From an uncultured Actinomycetes bacterium (GTDB taxonomy: Bacteria; Actinomycetota; UBA4738; HRBIN12): a DNA stretch of 64,000 nt. Positions within the stretch are counted from its first letter, which is position 1. Each line of letters opens with the position of its first letter. Location: contig OY969934.1 in the NCBI GenBank assembly GCA_963704725.1, positions 3,104,001 to 3,168,000 on the forward strand, read 5' to 3'. The notes beneath the pieces were generated by a model. That model saw only the letters and a list, made by a program, of their open reading frames with translations, did no database searches and was not told the DNA's origin. A program made the position numbers and the translations under genes. Positions 53,445 to 63,160 of this stretch are shown piece by piece.

Positions 53445-55328
53445 TCAGGCGATCGCGGCGAACCGGTCGATCGTGACGAGCGCCGCCGTGGCCGCCGGCC
53501 TCGACTCCCCGAGCACGACGATCCGGAGCGTGTGGACCCCGTCGGTCAGCCCCGAGACCGCGCGGGCGACCCCGAACGTGCGGCTCGGCCCGTAGTTGTC
53601 GATCGTGCGCACCAGCAGGCCGTCGACCCAGATCTGCGCGCGACCCTGATCGCGCCCCCGCACCGTGGTCCAGATGACGCCGGTCCCCCGGAATGCGATG
53701 ACCGCGCTCGACCCGGCCAGGTCGGTGGACGACACGCTGCCGCCGGACGCCCTCGGGTACCGCACGTTCCCCCACGCCTCGTCGAGCGCCGGGTTCTTCA
53801 CCACGGCGCCCCCGGCCTCGAAGGCGTCCACGACGACCTGCGTGTCCGTCGCGCTCGCCGACGCGGTCCCGAGCACGCGGATCGTGAGCACGTGCGGCCC
53901 CCGCTCGAGCCCGGTGACCTCGCGGGGGACCCGGAATCCCGGTCCCGGCGCGTACTGGTCGAACGTCCCCACGCGGTGCCCGTCGACCAGGACGGAGGCC
54001 CGGCCCTGCTCCGGTCCGGTCGCCGTGAACCAGGTGATCGACCGCCCCGAGAACGCGAAGGAGGCCGAGGCGCCGGCCCGGTGCTCGATCGCCAGGGAGC
54101 CCCCCAGGGCCCGTGCCTTCGAGACCGTGCGCCAGGCGTCGGCGACGGCCGGGCTCGTCTGCTCGACCTCCGTGGGCGCGGCGAAGTCGACCGTCGTCGT
54201 CGGCACCGGGTTCCCGCTCCGATCGACCACCGCGACCGGGACGATCGCGGGGTCGACGACGGCCTGGTAGCGCTCGCCCACGACGAGCGGTTGCACGGGC
54301 CGGACGACGGCGGTGCGGACGTTGCCGGTCACGCAGTCGACCTCGACGCCCGATCCCGAGCGGCACGTGAGCGAGACGTCCGGATACGTGCCGGTCTCGG
54401 CGGACCAGATGAACGTGTTCTCCGGCGTGACCCGGTGGACGACCTCGCTGAAGGAGACCGTCGTCGTCCCGAGCACGTCGGCCGGCAGCGCGATCGAGGC
54501 CACCGGCGGCGTGACGTCGGGGCTCGGGATCAGGACCGGGTCGAACGACGACGTCTCGTACCAGTCGACGTCCACGCAGCCGGCGATCCCGGGCACCGAA
54601 CCGCAGTTGCCGTACTGCCAGAACGTCCAGCCGTTGCCGCCCCAGTCGCTCGCGGGCAGCCTCGGCTCCGAGACGTTCCAGTGCGCCACCCACAGCACCG
54701 CGTAGCCGGCGGCGGCCACGGCCGTCGTGTCCCCCGTCCGCACGAGCCAGCCGTTCGGGCTCGTGTACACCATCGGCCGCACGCCGAGCCGCTCGGTGAC
54801 GCGCCCGAGCCAGGTCAGGATCCAGGTGGTCATCTCGTCCTGGGTCAGCCCGCCGGTGCGCTCGATGTCGAGCGCGGGGATCAGGTTGCCGGGCTCGAGC
54901 TGGGCCGTGTCGACGAAGTGATCGGCCTCGAGCACCGCGTCGTCGGGGGTGTCGTCGGGGCGCGCGAAGTGGTACGCGCCGAACGCCATCCCGTAGGTCT
55001 CGGCCCCGATCTTGTTCGCCGCGTACATGGGATCGACGAAGGTCTGCCCCTCGGTCGCCTTCGCCATGGCGAACCGCTGCCCGGACGCCGCCACCTGGGC
55101 CCAGTCGATCGCGTCCTGATGATGCGACACGTCGATGCCGGGGACCGCGCCGACCGGCTGAGCCGGCGCCACCGGCGGCAGCGTGGAGATCGCGTCTCCC
55201 GACGACCCCGCGCTGCCCGGACCGCCGTCGGCGGCCCGCGCCGGGACGACCGACCAGGCGGAGAGCGGCGTGAGCAGAACGAAGACGAGCGTCACCCACC
55301 GCCTGCGCGACCCGATCCTGCTCGTCAC
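53445..55328 (-). CDS. Secreted GH25 lysozyme/muramidase with Ig-like and two repeated beta-sandwich domains
   Basis: GIDVSHHQ, KATEG, GAYHFA, LDIE, WTFWQY, VDVD; repeated G.A.V.VDG motifs. Confidence 0.9.
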   Translation of the reverse strand: MTSRIGSRRRWVTLVFVLLTPLSAWSVVPARAADGGPGSAGSSGDAISTLPPVAPAQPVGAVPGIDVSHHQDAIDWAQVAASGQRFAMAKATEGQTFVDPMYAANKIGAETYGMAFGAYHFARPDDTPDDAVLEADHFVDTAQLEPGNLIPALDIERTGGLTQDEMTTWILTWLGRVTERLGVRPMVYTSPNGWLVRTGDTTAVAAAGYAVLWVAHWNVSEPRLPASDWGGNGWTFWQYGNCGSVPGIAGCVDVDWYETSSFDPVLIPSPDVTPPVASIALPADVLGTTTVSFSEVVHRVTPENTFIWSAETGTYPDVSLTCRSGSGVEVDCVTGNVRTAVVRPVQPLVVGERYQAVVDPAIVPVAVVDRSGNPVPTTTVDFAAPTEVEQTSPAVADAWRTVSKARALGGSLAIEHRAGASASFAFSGRSITWFTATGPEQGRASVLVDGHRVGTFDQYAPGPGFRVPREVTGLERGPHVLTIRVLGTASASATDTQVVVDAFEAGGAVVKNPALDEAWGNVRYPRASGGSVSSTDLAGSSAVIAFRGTGVIWTTVRGRDQGRAQIWVDGLLVRTIDNYGPSRTFGVARAVSGLTDGVHTLRIVVLGESRPAATAALVTIDRFAAIA

Positions 55329-55430
55329 GACCCCCTGCGCGTTCCCCCGGCCCGAGTGCCCGCAAGCTATCGGACCGTCTGGGGAACGTCGACCCGTGGC
55401 GGCGCAGCGCGAACGCGGAATCGAGCGGCG

Positions 55431-56135
55431 TCAGGCCGCGGCGTCGTCGAGCAGCGCGTGCAGGGCCCGGTCCGCGGTCGTCGCGTCGAGCGTGGCGCGC
55501 TGGTTCCGGACGAACGCCGGAAGGTCGTCGGCCTCGAGCGCGGTGACGTGGCCGAGGCGCAGCGGCGTCTTGGACACCCTGGCCAGGGTCGAGGCGATCA
55601 CGGCCTGGACCCACACGTCGATGCCCTGACGCTCGAGGCGGCGCTTGACCGCCAGCGCCGCGGCCGTCACCTGCGACACGACCTCGTCCGCCGAACGCTG
55701 GTTGAACATCAGTCGCCCCCGTTTGGGGTAGAAGCGGCCCTGCCACGCCTTGGTCTCGATCACGAACACGCCGGCGGGTCCGATCAGCACGTGGTCGGCA
55801 TCGCCTCGGCCGATGTCGAGGTCGTGCAGGGCCCTGTAGCCCTCGGGCTCGAGCTCCGTGAGGAGCTCGGCGACGCGCTCCTCCCCCACGATCCCGCGCC
55901 GAAGCGGCACCGGGTCCAGGCGGCCGCCGAGCAGGGTGGCCCGGCCGAGCACGACGATCGGCACGATCGCCAGCGCCGATAGCGGCCACCACAGGATCCC
56001 CGCAAGGGCGAAGACCGCCGCCTCGGCCACGAGCAGCATCGCGGCCGAGACCATCCGCCGATGGCGTTCGCGCAGCGACTGGGCGGGGGATCGCGCCTCC
56101 ACGCGATGGTCATCGGCACCTCCGCGACCGCTCAT
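55431..56135 (-). CDS. NERD (nuclease-related domain) protein with 2 N-terminal TM helices
   Basis: GIVGEERV, LHDL, DADHVLIGPAGVFVIETK. Confidence 0.88.
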   Translation of the reverse strand: MSGRGGADDHRVEARSPAQSLRERHRRMVSAAMLLVAEAAVFALAGILWWPLSALAIVPIVVLGRATLLGGRLDPVPLRRGIVGEERVAELLTELEPEGYRALHDLDIGRGDADHVLIGPAGVFVIETKAWQGRFYPKRGRLMFNQRSADEVVSQVTAAALAVKRRLERQGIDVWVQAVIASTLARVSKTPLRLGHVTALEADDLPAFVRNQRATLDATTADRALHALLDDAAA

Positions 56136-56192
56136 GAGCCCCAAGGCGCCGAGCCGGAACACGGGGCTCCCGATCCGTGGTTGGGTAGGGGT

Positions 56193-56657
56193 ATGACCCG
56201 GCTCGAGACCGGCGACGTCGCTCCTTCGTTCTCCCTGCTCGACCAGCACGGGTCGGCCGTGCGGCTCGAGGACTTCCGGGGCCGCAAGCTCCTCGTCTAC
56301 TTCTATCCGGAGGCCGACACGCCCAACTGCACCACCCAGTCCTGCGCGGTCCGGGACCACCGCCAGGAGCTTGCGGGGATCGGGGCCGATTCGATCGGGG
56401 TCTCCCCCGACCTTCCCGACCAACAGCTCGCCTTCGATCGCAAGTTCGGCCTGGGCTTTCCGCTGCTATCCGACCCGGACCACGCCGTGGCCAACGCCTG
56501 GGGCGCGTGGGGCGAGAAGACCCGTGAGGGCCGCACGTTCCTGGGTATCGTCCGGTCCTCGTTCCTCGTGGACGAGCAGGGCCGGATCGAGCGGACCTGG
56601 TACGACGTGAAGGCCGAGGACACCGTCCCCAACGCGCTCGCCGCGCTCGGCGCCTGA
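56193..56657 (+). CDS. bcp: Thioredoxin-dependent peroxiredoxin (BCP/PrxQ)
   Basis: YFYPEADTPNCTTQSC, GVSPD, FPLLSD, RSSFLVD. Confidence 0.9.
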   Translation: MTRLETGDVAPSFSLLDQHGSAVRLEDFRGRKLLVYFYPEADTPNCTTQSCAVRDHRQELAGIGADSIGVSPDLPDQQLAFDRKFGLGFPLLSDPDHAVANAWGAWGEKTREGRTFLGIVRSSFLVDEQGRIERTWYDVKAEDTVPNALAALGA

Positions 56658-56678
56658 GCACGCTCGGACCGGTGGCGT

Positions 56679-57299
56679 TCAGCCCGCACCCTCCGCCGGC
56701 GGCGGCGCGACCTTCCGGCCGGGGAGCTGGTCCTCCTCGGTCTCGTCCCACACCGTGCTCCCCTTCAACGGCTCAACGTTGAACTGGTAGTCGAAGACCA
56801 GCGTCCCGCCGTACGTGGCGCCGATCGCCACCAACATCGCGGCGAGGATCGACAGGACCACGATCGGACCGGTCGTCAGGTCGTCCCAACCGGTGATGCG
56901 CAGGACCACGTCGACGACGACGATCGCCGTGACGGTGAGCATCACCGTCATGTGCCAGTTGGCCGTCCGCCACACCTGGGTGTGCTTGGCCCGGCCGATG
57001 AAGCCGCTCGACCGATCCCGCTCCAGCCCCTTCCACCAGTCCCAGAACCCGGTGAGGGCCGTGGCGAGCGACACGACCAGGCCGGCCACGATCACGAACG
57101 TCGCCGCCCGGAACAGGTCCCGCGCCGCCTCGCGGTCGTTGGTCACGAACGATCCCAGATCGAAGATCGCCGCCAGCACGTAGCAGACGATCGGGAAGTC
57201 GGTGAGCGGGGGGTGGGTCGGCTTGCCCGCCCATCCCCGGATCCCGCGGAACCGGCGGCCCCGGAGCGTCACCCCGGGCCGGATCGAGAACAGCCGCAT
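56679..57299 (-). CDS. DUF2231 membrane protein
   Basis: KPTHPPLTDFPI, TGFWD, H, YGGTLVF. Confidence 0.85.
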   Translation of the reverse strand: MRLFSIRPGVTLRGRRFRGIRGWAGKPTHPPLTDFPIVCYVLAAIFDLGSFVTNDREAARDLFRAATFVIVAGLVVSLATALTGFWDWWKGLERDRSSGFIGRAKHTQVWRTANWHMTVMLTVTAIVVVDVVLRITGWDDLTTGPIVVLSILAAMLVAIGATYGGTLVFDYQFNVEPLKGSTVWDETEEDQLPGRKVAPPPAEGAG

Positions 57300-57402
57300 C
57301 AGCCTCCCCCTCCTCGAGCGCCTTGACTGGCGCGAACGGTAGTACGGGCGGGCTCGACAGGAATACCCACCGGCGGGCCCGAGTTAGCCTGGCGGAGAAC
57401 GG

Positions 57403-58413
57403 ATGCCAGCGATCACGGTCGACGACGTCACCCGCCTCGAGCGGATCCCCGCGGTTCCGGAGACGGGACGGCACCGCCGGGTGCGAGCCGTGACCACGGC
57501 GCCGAGCGGGCTCGAGGGCGAGGGCTTCCCCGTCCGCCGGGCCTTCGCCGGGGTGGACCTCACCGACCTCGACCCCTTCGTGCACATGGACCAGATGGGC
57601 GAGGTGGACTACGCGCCGGGCGAGCCGAAGGGCACGCCGTGGCACCCGCACCGCGGGTTCGAGACCGTCACCTACATGATCGACGGCATCTTCGAGCACC
57701 AGGACTCGAACGGCGGGGGCGGCGTGATCACGAACGGCGACACCCAGTGGATGACGGCCGGCGCCGGGATCCTGCACATCGAGAAGCCGCCGGAGCACCT
57801 CGTCGCGAGCGGCGGACTCTTCCACGGCACCCAGCTCTGGGTGAACCTCCCCAAGGCGGAGAAGTGGGCGCCGCCGAGGTACCAGGACCTTCGGGCGAGC
57901 GAGGTCTCCCTGCTCGCCTCCCCCGACGCCGGGGCGCTCGTGCGGGTCATCGCCGGTGACCTCGCCGGCCACCGCGGGCCGGGGCAGACCTACACGCCGA
58001 TGACGTACTTGCACGCCACGGTCGCGCCGGGCGCGATCCTGGAGGTGCCGTGGCGAGCGGACTTCAACGCCCTCGCGTACGTGCTGGCCGGCGCCGGATC
58101 TGCCGGCGTCGAGCGCCATCCGATCGCGACGGGTCAGCTTGCCGTGTTCGGACCGGGCGACGCGGTGCGGCTGCAAGCCGCGGGGACGCAGGATTCACGG
58201 TTCCCGGCGCTCGAGGTGCTCCTGCTCGGCGGCCGTCCGATCCGTGAGCCGGTCGCCTGGTACGGACCGTTCGTCATGAACACGAAGGCCGAGCTGCTCC
58301 AGGCGTTCGAGGACTATCAGGCCGGTCGGCTCGGGACGATCCCCGCCGCCCATCACACGCCCGACCACATCGTCGAGTCCGGTCAGGGCCCCGCCGAGTC
58401 GCCGGACGCGTGA
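57403..58413 (+). CDS. Pirin family protein
   Basis: EGEGFPVRR, DPF, WHPHRGFETVT, WMTAGAGILHIE, QLWVNLP, GPFVMNT. Confidence 0.94.
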   Translation: MPAITVDDVTRLERIPAVPETGRHRRVRAVTTAPSGLEGEGFPVRRAFAGVDLTDLDPFVHMDQMGEVDYAPGEPKGTPWHPHRGFETVTYMIDGIFEHQDSNGGGGVITNGDTQWMTAGAGILHIEKPPEHLVASGGLFHGTQLWVNLPKAEKWAPPRYQDLRASEVSLLASPDAGALVRVIAGDLAGHRGPGQTYTPMTYLHATVAPGAILEVPWRADFNALAYVLAGAGSAGVERHPIATGQLAVFGPGDAVRLQAAGTQDSRFPALEVLLLGGRPIREPVAWYGPFVMNTKAELLQAFEDYQAGRLGTIPAAHHTPDHIVESGQGPAESPDA

Positions 58414-59300
58414 GGAGAACCCGCGTCCTGGGCGTTCCGATCGACAGCGTCGGCGGTCGCGTCGGGACGACGTTCGGCCCTCGCGCGCTCCGCGACGCCG
58501 GGATCGTGGAGGCGCTCGGCGCGCAGGACCTCGGCGACCTCGACGTCGTCATCGAACCCCCCGTCCGCGATCCGACCACCGGCATCGTCGGGTCCGACTC
58601 GGTCCTCGCCGTCACGCGCTCGGTCCGCGAAGCGATCTCACGCCCCGGCGACGACGGGTCCACCACGGTCGTTCTCGGCGGGTGCTGCACGCTCGCGGTC
58701 GGCGTGATCGCCGGTCTGCGGGACCGGTTGGGCGACCTCGGGGTCATCTACGTGGACGGTCACCTCGACCTGTACGACGGCGAGACCTCTCCCACCGGCG
58801 AGGCGGCCGACATGCCGATGGCCGTGGCCCTGGGGATCGGCCCGGCCGCGTGGGTCTCCATCGCCGGCGACGCGCCGCTCCTTCGGCCGCAGGACGTCGC
58901 CCTCGTCGGGTTCCGCGACCTCGAGGAGGCCCGGGCCTCCGGTTCGGTGACGCCGGAGGACCTGCCCGGGATGACCGCCATCGACACCGCGGGGATTCGC
59001 GAGGCCGGCCCCGCCGCCACCGCGGCCCGGGCCCGGTCGGCGGTCGCACCGGGCGGTCGGCCCTTCTTCGTCTCGGTCGACCTCGACGTGCTCGACGAGA
59101 GCGTGTTCCCGAACGACGCGCCCGTTCCCGGCGGTATCGACTGGGTGGAGCTCGGCGAGCTGCTCGCGCCGTTGGCCCGCGATCCGGCATGCGTGGCGAT
59201 CGCGATCAACTGCTTCAACCCCGAGCGGGACCCGGGCGGGGAGAGCGCGGCGCGGATCGTCGATCTCCTGCGGAAGGCGGGACCGCCGACGGCGCCCTGA
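58410..59300 (+). CDS. Arginase/ureohydrolase family protein
   Basis: GPRALR, YVDGHLD, SVDLDVLD, PGG, NP; GTGA-coupled to pirin. Confidence 0.88.
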   Translation: MRRTRVLGVPIDSVGGRVGTTFGPRALRDAGIVEALGAQDLGDLDVVIEPPVRDPTTGIVGSDSVLAVTRSVREAISRPGDDGSTTVVLGGCCTLAVGVIAGLRDRLGDLGVIYVDGHLDLYDGETSPTGEAADMPMAVALGIGPAAWVSIAGDAPLLRPQDVALVGFRDLEEARASGSVTPEDLPGMTAIDTAGIREAGPAATAARARSAVAPGGRPFFVSVDLDVLDESVFPNDAPVPGGIDWVELGELLAPLARDPACVAIAINCFNPERDPGGESAARIVDLLRKAGPPTAP

Positions 59301-59334
59301 GACGCAGCGATGGGACGTCTCGGGGCGCGTCGCG

Positions 59335-59700
59335 TCAGCGGTCTTGGTAGAGGAGGCGCTCGATCGCGGCTTCGTCCTCCAGGACGAAGTGGAAGGCGAT
59401 CAGGTCGTCGATGGTGAGCGGGGGCGCGTCGGGGGCGGGGCTTCGGTCGGGGGCGGGGAGCTCCCAGCTCGGCGACTCGTCGGGCCCGGACTCCGAGTGG
59501 AGCCGCTCGACCTCGACGCCGGCCGCAACCAGGAGGGCGACGGTCTTGCGAGTGGCGCTCTTGCTGACCTGCTCGCTGCACTCGGGGCAGGTGAACGCGT
59601 AGGCCGCCGTCCCGCCGTCGCCGGACAGGCTCAGCGAGATCGCGGCGGCTCCCATGTCCACTTCGCCGCAGGTGGGGCAGGTGGTCCGGATGGTTGTCAT
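59335..59700 (-). CDS. Zinc-ribbon hypothetical protein
   Basis: CPTCG...YAFTCPEC; LLVAAGV; PPLTIDDLIAFH. Confidence 0.8.
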   Translation of the reverse strand: MTTIRTTCPTCGEVDMGAAAISLSLSGDGGTAAYAFTCPECSEQVSKSATRKTVALLVAAGVEVERLHSESGPDESPSWELPAPDRSPAPDAPPLTIDDLIAFHFVLEDEAAIERLLYQDR

Positions 59701-59820
59701 GGCACTACCCATATCGACCCCAGACCCCGAAACCTCCAGCGTTTGAGGGCACGACGGGGCTACTCGGCACGGGTGATTCTCGGGGTCGAGGAACTCCCAT
59801 AGATCGGGTAGGCGCGTTGC

Positions 59821-60420
59821 CTACCAACGGTTTCGGTGGACCTGCTCCTCGAGCGGCCGGCGCGGCCGGGTGGTCCCCGAACCCCTCGGGCGCTCGTCCT
59901 GGGCGCGAAAGCCGAACCCCAGATACCCGATCGGGTGTAGATGGGATGGCACCCCGAGCCGGTCGAGGAGATCGCGCTCCCCGTGGGTGATGCCGAAGAA
60001 CCACCCACCGAGGCCCTCGTCCACGGCGGCCAGGAGCATCAGCATCGAGGCCATCGCGGCGTCGACGTCCCAGAACGGGACCGGCCAGTTCGCCGCCTCG
60101 CCCATCCCGAACGGCGCCTTGTCGGGCTGGGAGTAGCGGTCGAGGTACCGCGCCGGGTCCGGCAGCGGGACGACGATGGCCGTCGGTCCCGCGGCCACAT
60201 CCTCCAGATCCCACCCGAACTCCGGGTCCCGCGTGATCTCCCAGAACTCGCTCACGGTCTGCGGGGTGTCGAGCACCAGCAGCTCGAGCCCCTGCGAGAA
60301 CCCGGCGGAGGGCGCCCGGCGTCCGAGGTCGAGGATCCGGTCGAGGGTCTTGCGTGGGATGGGCCGGCGGTCGAACCGGCGAACCATGCGCCGGCGCCCC
60401 ACCACCTCCGCGAACTCCAC
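59821..60420 (-). CDS. Nitroreductase family protein
   Basis: RRRMVRRF, APSAGFSQG, WDVDAAM, AAVDEGLG; leaderless TAGGGT-6nt-GTG. Confidence 0.9.
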   Translation of the reverse strand: MEFAEVVGRRRMVRRFDRRPIPRKTLDRILDLGRRAPSAGFSQGLELLVLDTPQTVSEFWEITRDPEFGWDLEDVAAGPTAIVVPLPDPARYLDRYSQPDKAPFGMGEAANWPVPFWDVDAAMASMLMLLAAVDEGLGGWFFGITHGERDLLDRLGVPSHLHPIGYLGFGFRAQDERPRGSGTTRPRRPLEEQVHRNRW

Positions 60421-60459
60421 GGCGGCACCCTATCGGAAGCGTTCGCCGGCCCGAGATGC

Positions 60460-60533
60460 GAGAAACCGCCGGAACCCGAGGGCCCCAGCGGTCTCTCAGT
60501 TGCAGGATACGGCCTGGCTCGATGAGCGGTCAA
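60460..60533 (-). ncRNA. Candidate small RNA or structured leader: SigA-type promoter followed by a 17-bp hairpin
   Basis: Minus strand TTGACC-18nt-TATCCT-6nt-GAGAGACCGCUGGGGCC-CUCG-GGUUCCGGCGGUUUCUC; 4 G-U pairs. Confidence 0.45.
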
Positions 60534-60627
60534 GCCCGATCCGCCGATCTTGTCACTCTTGTTCGGCCCGCGCGCGCCGAGTCCGGGTGGCATAGCCTCC
60601 GCCCAATCGAGCGAAGGGGGTCGTGAC

Positions 60628-61485
60628 ATGGGGAGGGCGCGAACGGTACGGCGTCTCCTGGGCATCGCCTCGGGCATCGGCCTGTTCGCGGCGGGGGTCG
60701 CCGCCGGGGGCCTCGGCCCCGCGTCGGCGGACCGCGCGACCGGCGGGGTCGCCGCCCTGCCGGGGTTCACCCGGGTGGTGAGCCTCAGCCACATCAACGA
60801 CCCGGCGAGGACCCCGCTGTTCCCGGGAGATCCACGATTCCACATCGAGACGGCCTTCACCGTCGCGGACGACGGGTTCTTCCTCGAGGTCGTCCACGAG
60901 GGCATGCACACCGGGACCCACTACAGCGCGCCGTGCCACTTCCACCCCAACCTGGCCTGCGCGCCCGAGCTCGACGTCTCCGACCTCGTCCTGCCCGCGG
61001 CGGTGATCGACGTCCGAGACGAGGTGGCCCTGGACCCGGACCACGTCGTGACCGTGGCCGACCTTCGGGCCTGGGAGGCCGACCACGGCGAGCTGCCGGC
61101 CGGCGGCGCGGTGTTGCTGCTGACGGGCTGCTCCCGGTTCTGGGCGGACGGCGACGTCGACGGGGAGCCGAACTACTACAACTGCGGAAGCGGGATGGCG
61201 GGGTTCCACCAGCCCGGGTTCTCGCGGAACGCGGTCAGGTGGCTGATCGAGACGGGTGTCCTGGGCCGAACCGGCGCGCTCGGAACCGACACGTTCGGGC
61301 CGGATCCCTCCGCCGACGCCTCGTTCACGCCGACCTCGCTCACGTTGCACGGACACCGGGTCACGATCGAGAACCTCACGCACCTGGCGGCCCTTCCGCC
61401 ACTCGGGGCGTGGATCGTGCTGGGGAGCCCCCGCAACGTCCACGGCTCGGGAGCCCCGGGAACGGTCTTCGCGTTCCTGCCGTAA
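60628..61485 (+). CDS. Secreted cyclase-family (kynurenine formamidase-like) metal hydrolase
   Basis: Signal peptide; HTGTHYSAPCH, AAVIDV, PGFS, LGTDTFGPD, IENL. Confidence 0.85.
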   Translation: MGRARTVRRLLGIASGIGLFAAGVAAGGLGPASADRATGGVAALPGFTRVVSLSHINDPARTPLFPGDPRFHIETAFTVADDGFFLEVVHEGMHTGTHYSAPCHFHPNLACAPELDVSDLVLPAAVIDVRDEVALDPDHVVTVADLRAWEADHGELPAGGAVLLLTGCSRFWADGDVDGEPNYYNCGSGMAGFHQPGFSRNAVRWLIETGVLGRTGALGTDTFGPDPSADASFTPTSLTLHGHRVTIENLTHLAALPPLGAWIVLGSPRNVHGSGAPGTVFAFLP

Positions 61486-61496
61486 GGCGGGCCGGC

Positions 61497-62786
61497 TCAG
61501 CCCTCGAAGCGCGGACGGAGGGCGAGCCCGCCGCGGCCACGGTCGTTGCGGACCGCGAGGATCTGGTGCACCTGGATGGAGGCGGCCTCGAAGTTCAGCG
61601 CCGAGGCCGCCATGTACAGGCGCCAGATGCGCGCCCGGCCCGGACCGACCTCGGCCACGGCCTCGTCCCAGTTGGCCTCGAGGTTGGCCACCCATGCCCG
61701 CAGCGTCAGCGCGTAGTGCTCGCGCAGGTTCTCCAGATGGCGAACCTCCAGGCCGCGCCCCTGCAGCACCGAGATGGCCGAGCCCACCTCCTGCAGCTCC
61801 CCGTCGGGGAACACGTAGCGGTCGACGAAGCTGTTCCGGCGGAGCCGCGGCGGCGTGACGGGGACGCCACGCCTGGTCCGACCGCCGCGGCGGGCGGGAC
61901 GGGCGATCCCGTGGTTCAGGAGCCGGCCCCCCGGCCGCAGGAGGCTCCCGAGCCGGCCGAAGTACGTCCCCAGGTTGGCCAGCCCGACGTGCTCGAACAT
62001 GCCGATCGAGCTGATCGCGTCGAACGGGCCGTCCCGGACGTCGCGGTAGTCCTGGAGCCGGATCTCGACGCGGTCGGCGAGCCCCGCCTCGGCGACCGCC
62101 TTCTCCGCCCACTCGGCCTGGCGGACCGAGAGCGTGACGCCGACCGCGCGGACGCCGTGCGCCCGGGCGGCGTGCATGGCCATCGAACCCCATCCGCAGC
62201 CGACATCGAGGAGCCGCATCCCCTCGGCGAGCCCGAGCTTGCGACAGATCAGCTCGTGTTTCGCCGCCTGAGCCTGCTCGAGCGTCACGTCCGGCCGCTC
62301 CCATACGGCGCACGAGTAGGTCATCGAGGGACCGAGGACGAGCTCGAAGAACCGGTTCGAGACGTCGTAGTGATGCGAGATCGCCGCCGCGTCTCGTTCG
62401 CGCGAGTGCCGGCGGCCCGACAGCCTCGCCTCCTCCGGCGGTGGCGGCAGGCGCCGCACCCCGCCGGTGCCGGCGAGCCGGGCCAGCGCGAGCAGGCCGC
62501 GGACGTCGATGCGGGCGGCGGGGAGCCGCTCGCGAAGCGCGGCCAGGGCCGCGAAGACGTCGCCCTCCACGTCGAGGTCGCCGGCCACGTAGGCCCGCCC
62601 GAGCCCCAGCTCTCCGGGCGCGGTCACGATCCGACGGATCGCCTCGGGCGAGCGGACGACGATAGTGGCCGGCGCCTCGGGCGGTCCGAGCCGCCCCCCG
62701 TCGTACAGCCGGATCGCGATCGGCGGCTCGCCGCCGATGATGCGCCGGACGGCGCCGGCGATCGAAGAGCGCGGACCCTCGGGCAT
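61497..62786 (-). CDS. cfa: Cyclopropane-fatty-acyl-phospholipid synthase-family methyltransferase
   Basis: HHYDVSN, MTYSCA, LDVGCGWG, SIGMFEHVG, YVFPDG, EHYALTL. Confidence 0.9.
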   Translation of the reverse strand: MPEGPRSSIAGAVRRIIGGEPPIAIRLYDGGRLGPPEAPATIVVRSPEAIRRIVTAPGELGLGRAYVAGDLDVEGDVFAALAALRERLPAARIDVRGLLALARLAGTGGVRRLPPPPEEARLSGRRHSRERDAAAISHHYDVSNRFFELVLGPSMTYSCAVWERPDVTLEQAQAAKHELICRKLGLAEGMRLLDVGCGWGSMAMHAARAHGVRAVGVTLSVRQAEWAEKAVAEAGLADRVEIRLQDYRDVRDGPFDAISSIGMFEHVGLANLGTYFGRLGSLLRPGGRLLNHGIARPARRGGRTRRGVPVTPPRLRRNSFVDRYVFPDGELQEVGSAISVLQGRGLEVRHLENLREHYALTLRAWVANLEANWDEAVAEVGPGRARIWRLYMAASALNFEAASIQVHQILAVRNDRGRGGLALRPRFEG

Positions 62787-62829
62787 CGGTCTGCAGACAT
62801 CATCTGCCGCGCTGCCGGTTCGGGCAATC

Positions 62830-62962
62830 CACGGCCCTGGGGGGACGGCGGGACACGCGCTCGAGAACCGGAACCGGCAGCAGCTCTACGACGTCGCGCG
62901 ACGCTTGGGGATCCCGGGCCGGTCGCGCATGGGCACGTCGGACCTGATCGACTCGATCCGCA
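62830..62962 (+). pseudogene. Orphan Rho_N-like helix-extension-helix fragment without a start codon
   Basis: HALENRNRQQLYDVARRLGIPGRSRMGTSDLIDSIR in the intergenic space. Confidence 0.55.
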
Positions 62963-62977
62963 CCGGCCCGGTGACGA

Positions 62978-63160
62978 CTACGGGAACTTGGTCGGGGCTT
63001 GCTGGAACAGCCCGAGCAGCGTTCCGCCGTAGAGGGTGACCGCGGCCACGATCACCACCGCCACCAGGGTCAGGATCAGGCCGTACTCGGTCGACACGGC
63101 ACCCAGCTCTCCCTGCACCGCAACGGAGAGCCTGCGAAGCCTGCGCGTGATCCCGTCCAT
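62978..63160 (-). CDS. flp: Flp family type IVb pilin
   Basis: G|AVSTEYGLIL prepilin motif with E+5/Y+6, hydrophobic helix, 60 aa, AGGAG RBS. Confidence 0.85.
   Translation of the reverse strand: MDGITRRLRRLSVAVQGELGAVSTEYGLILTLVAVVIVAAVTLYGGTLLGLFQQAPTKFP

Noticed and set aside
53445-55328. GH25 lysozyme as a prophage endolysin
   Set aside because: It has a Sec signal and surface domains, and no holin, structural or integrase genes are nearby.
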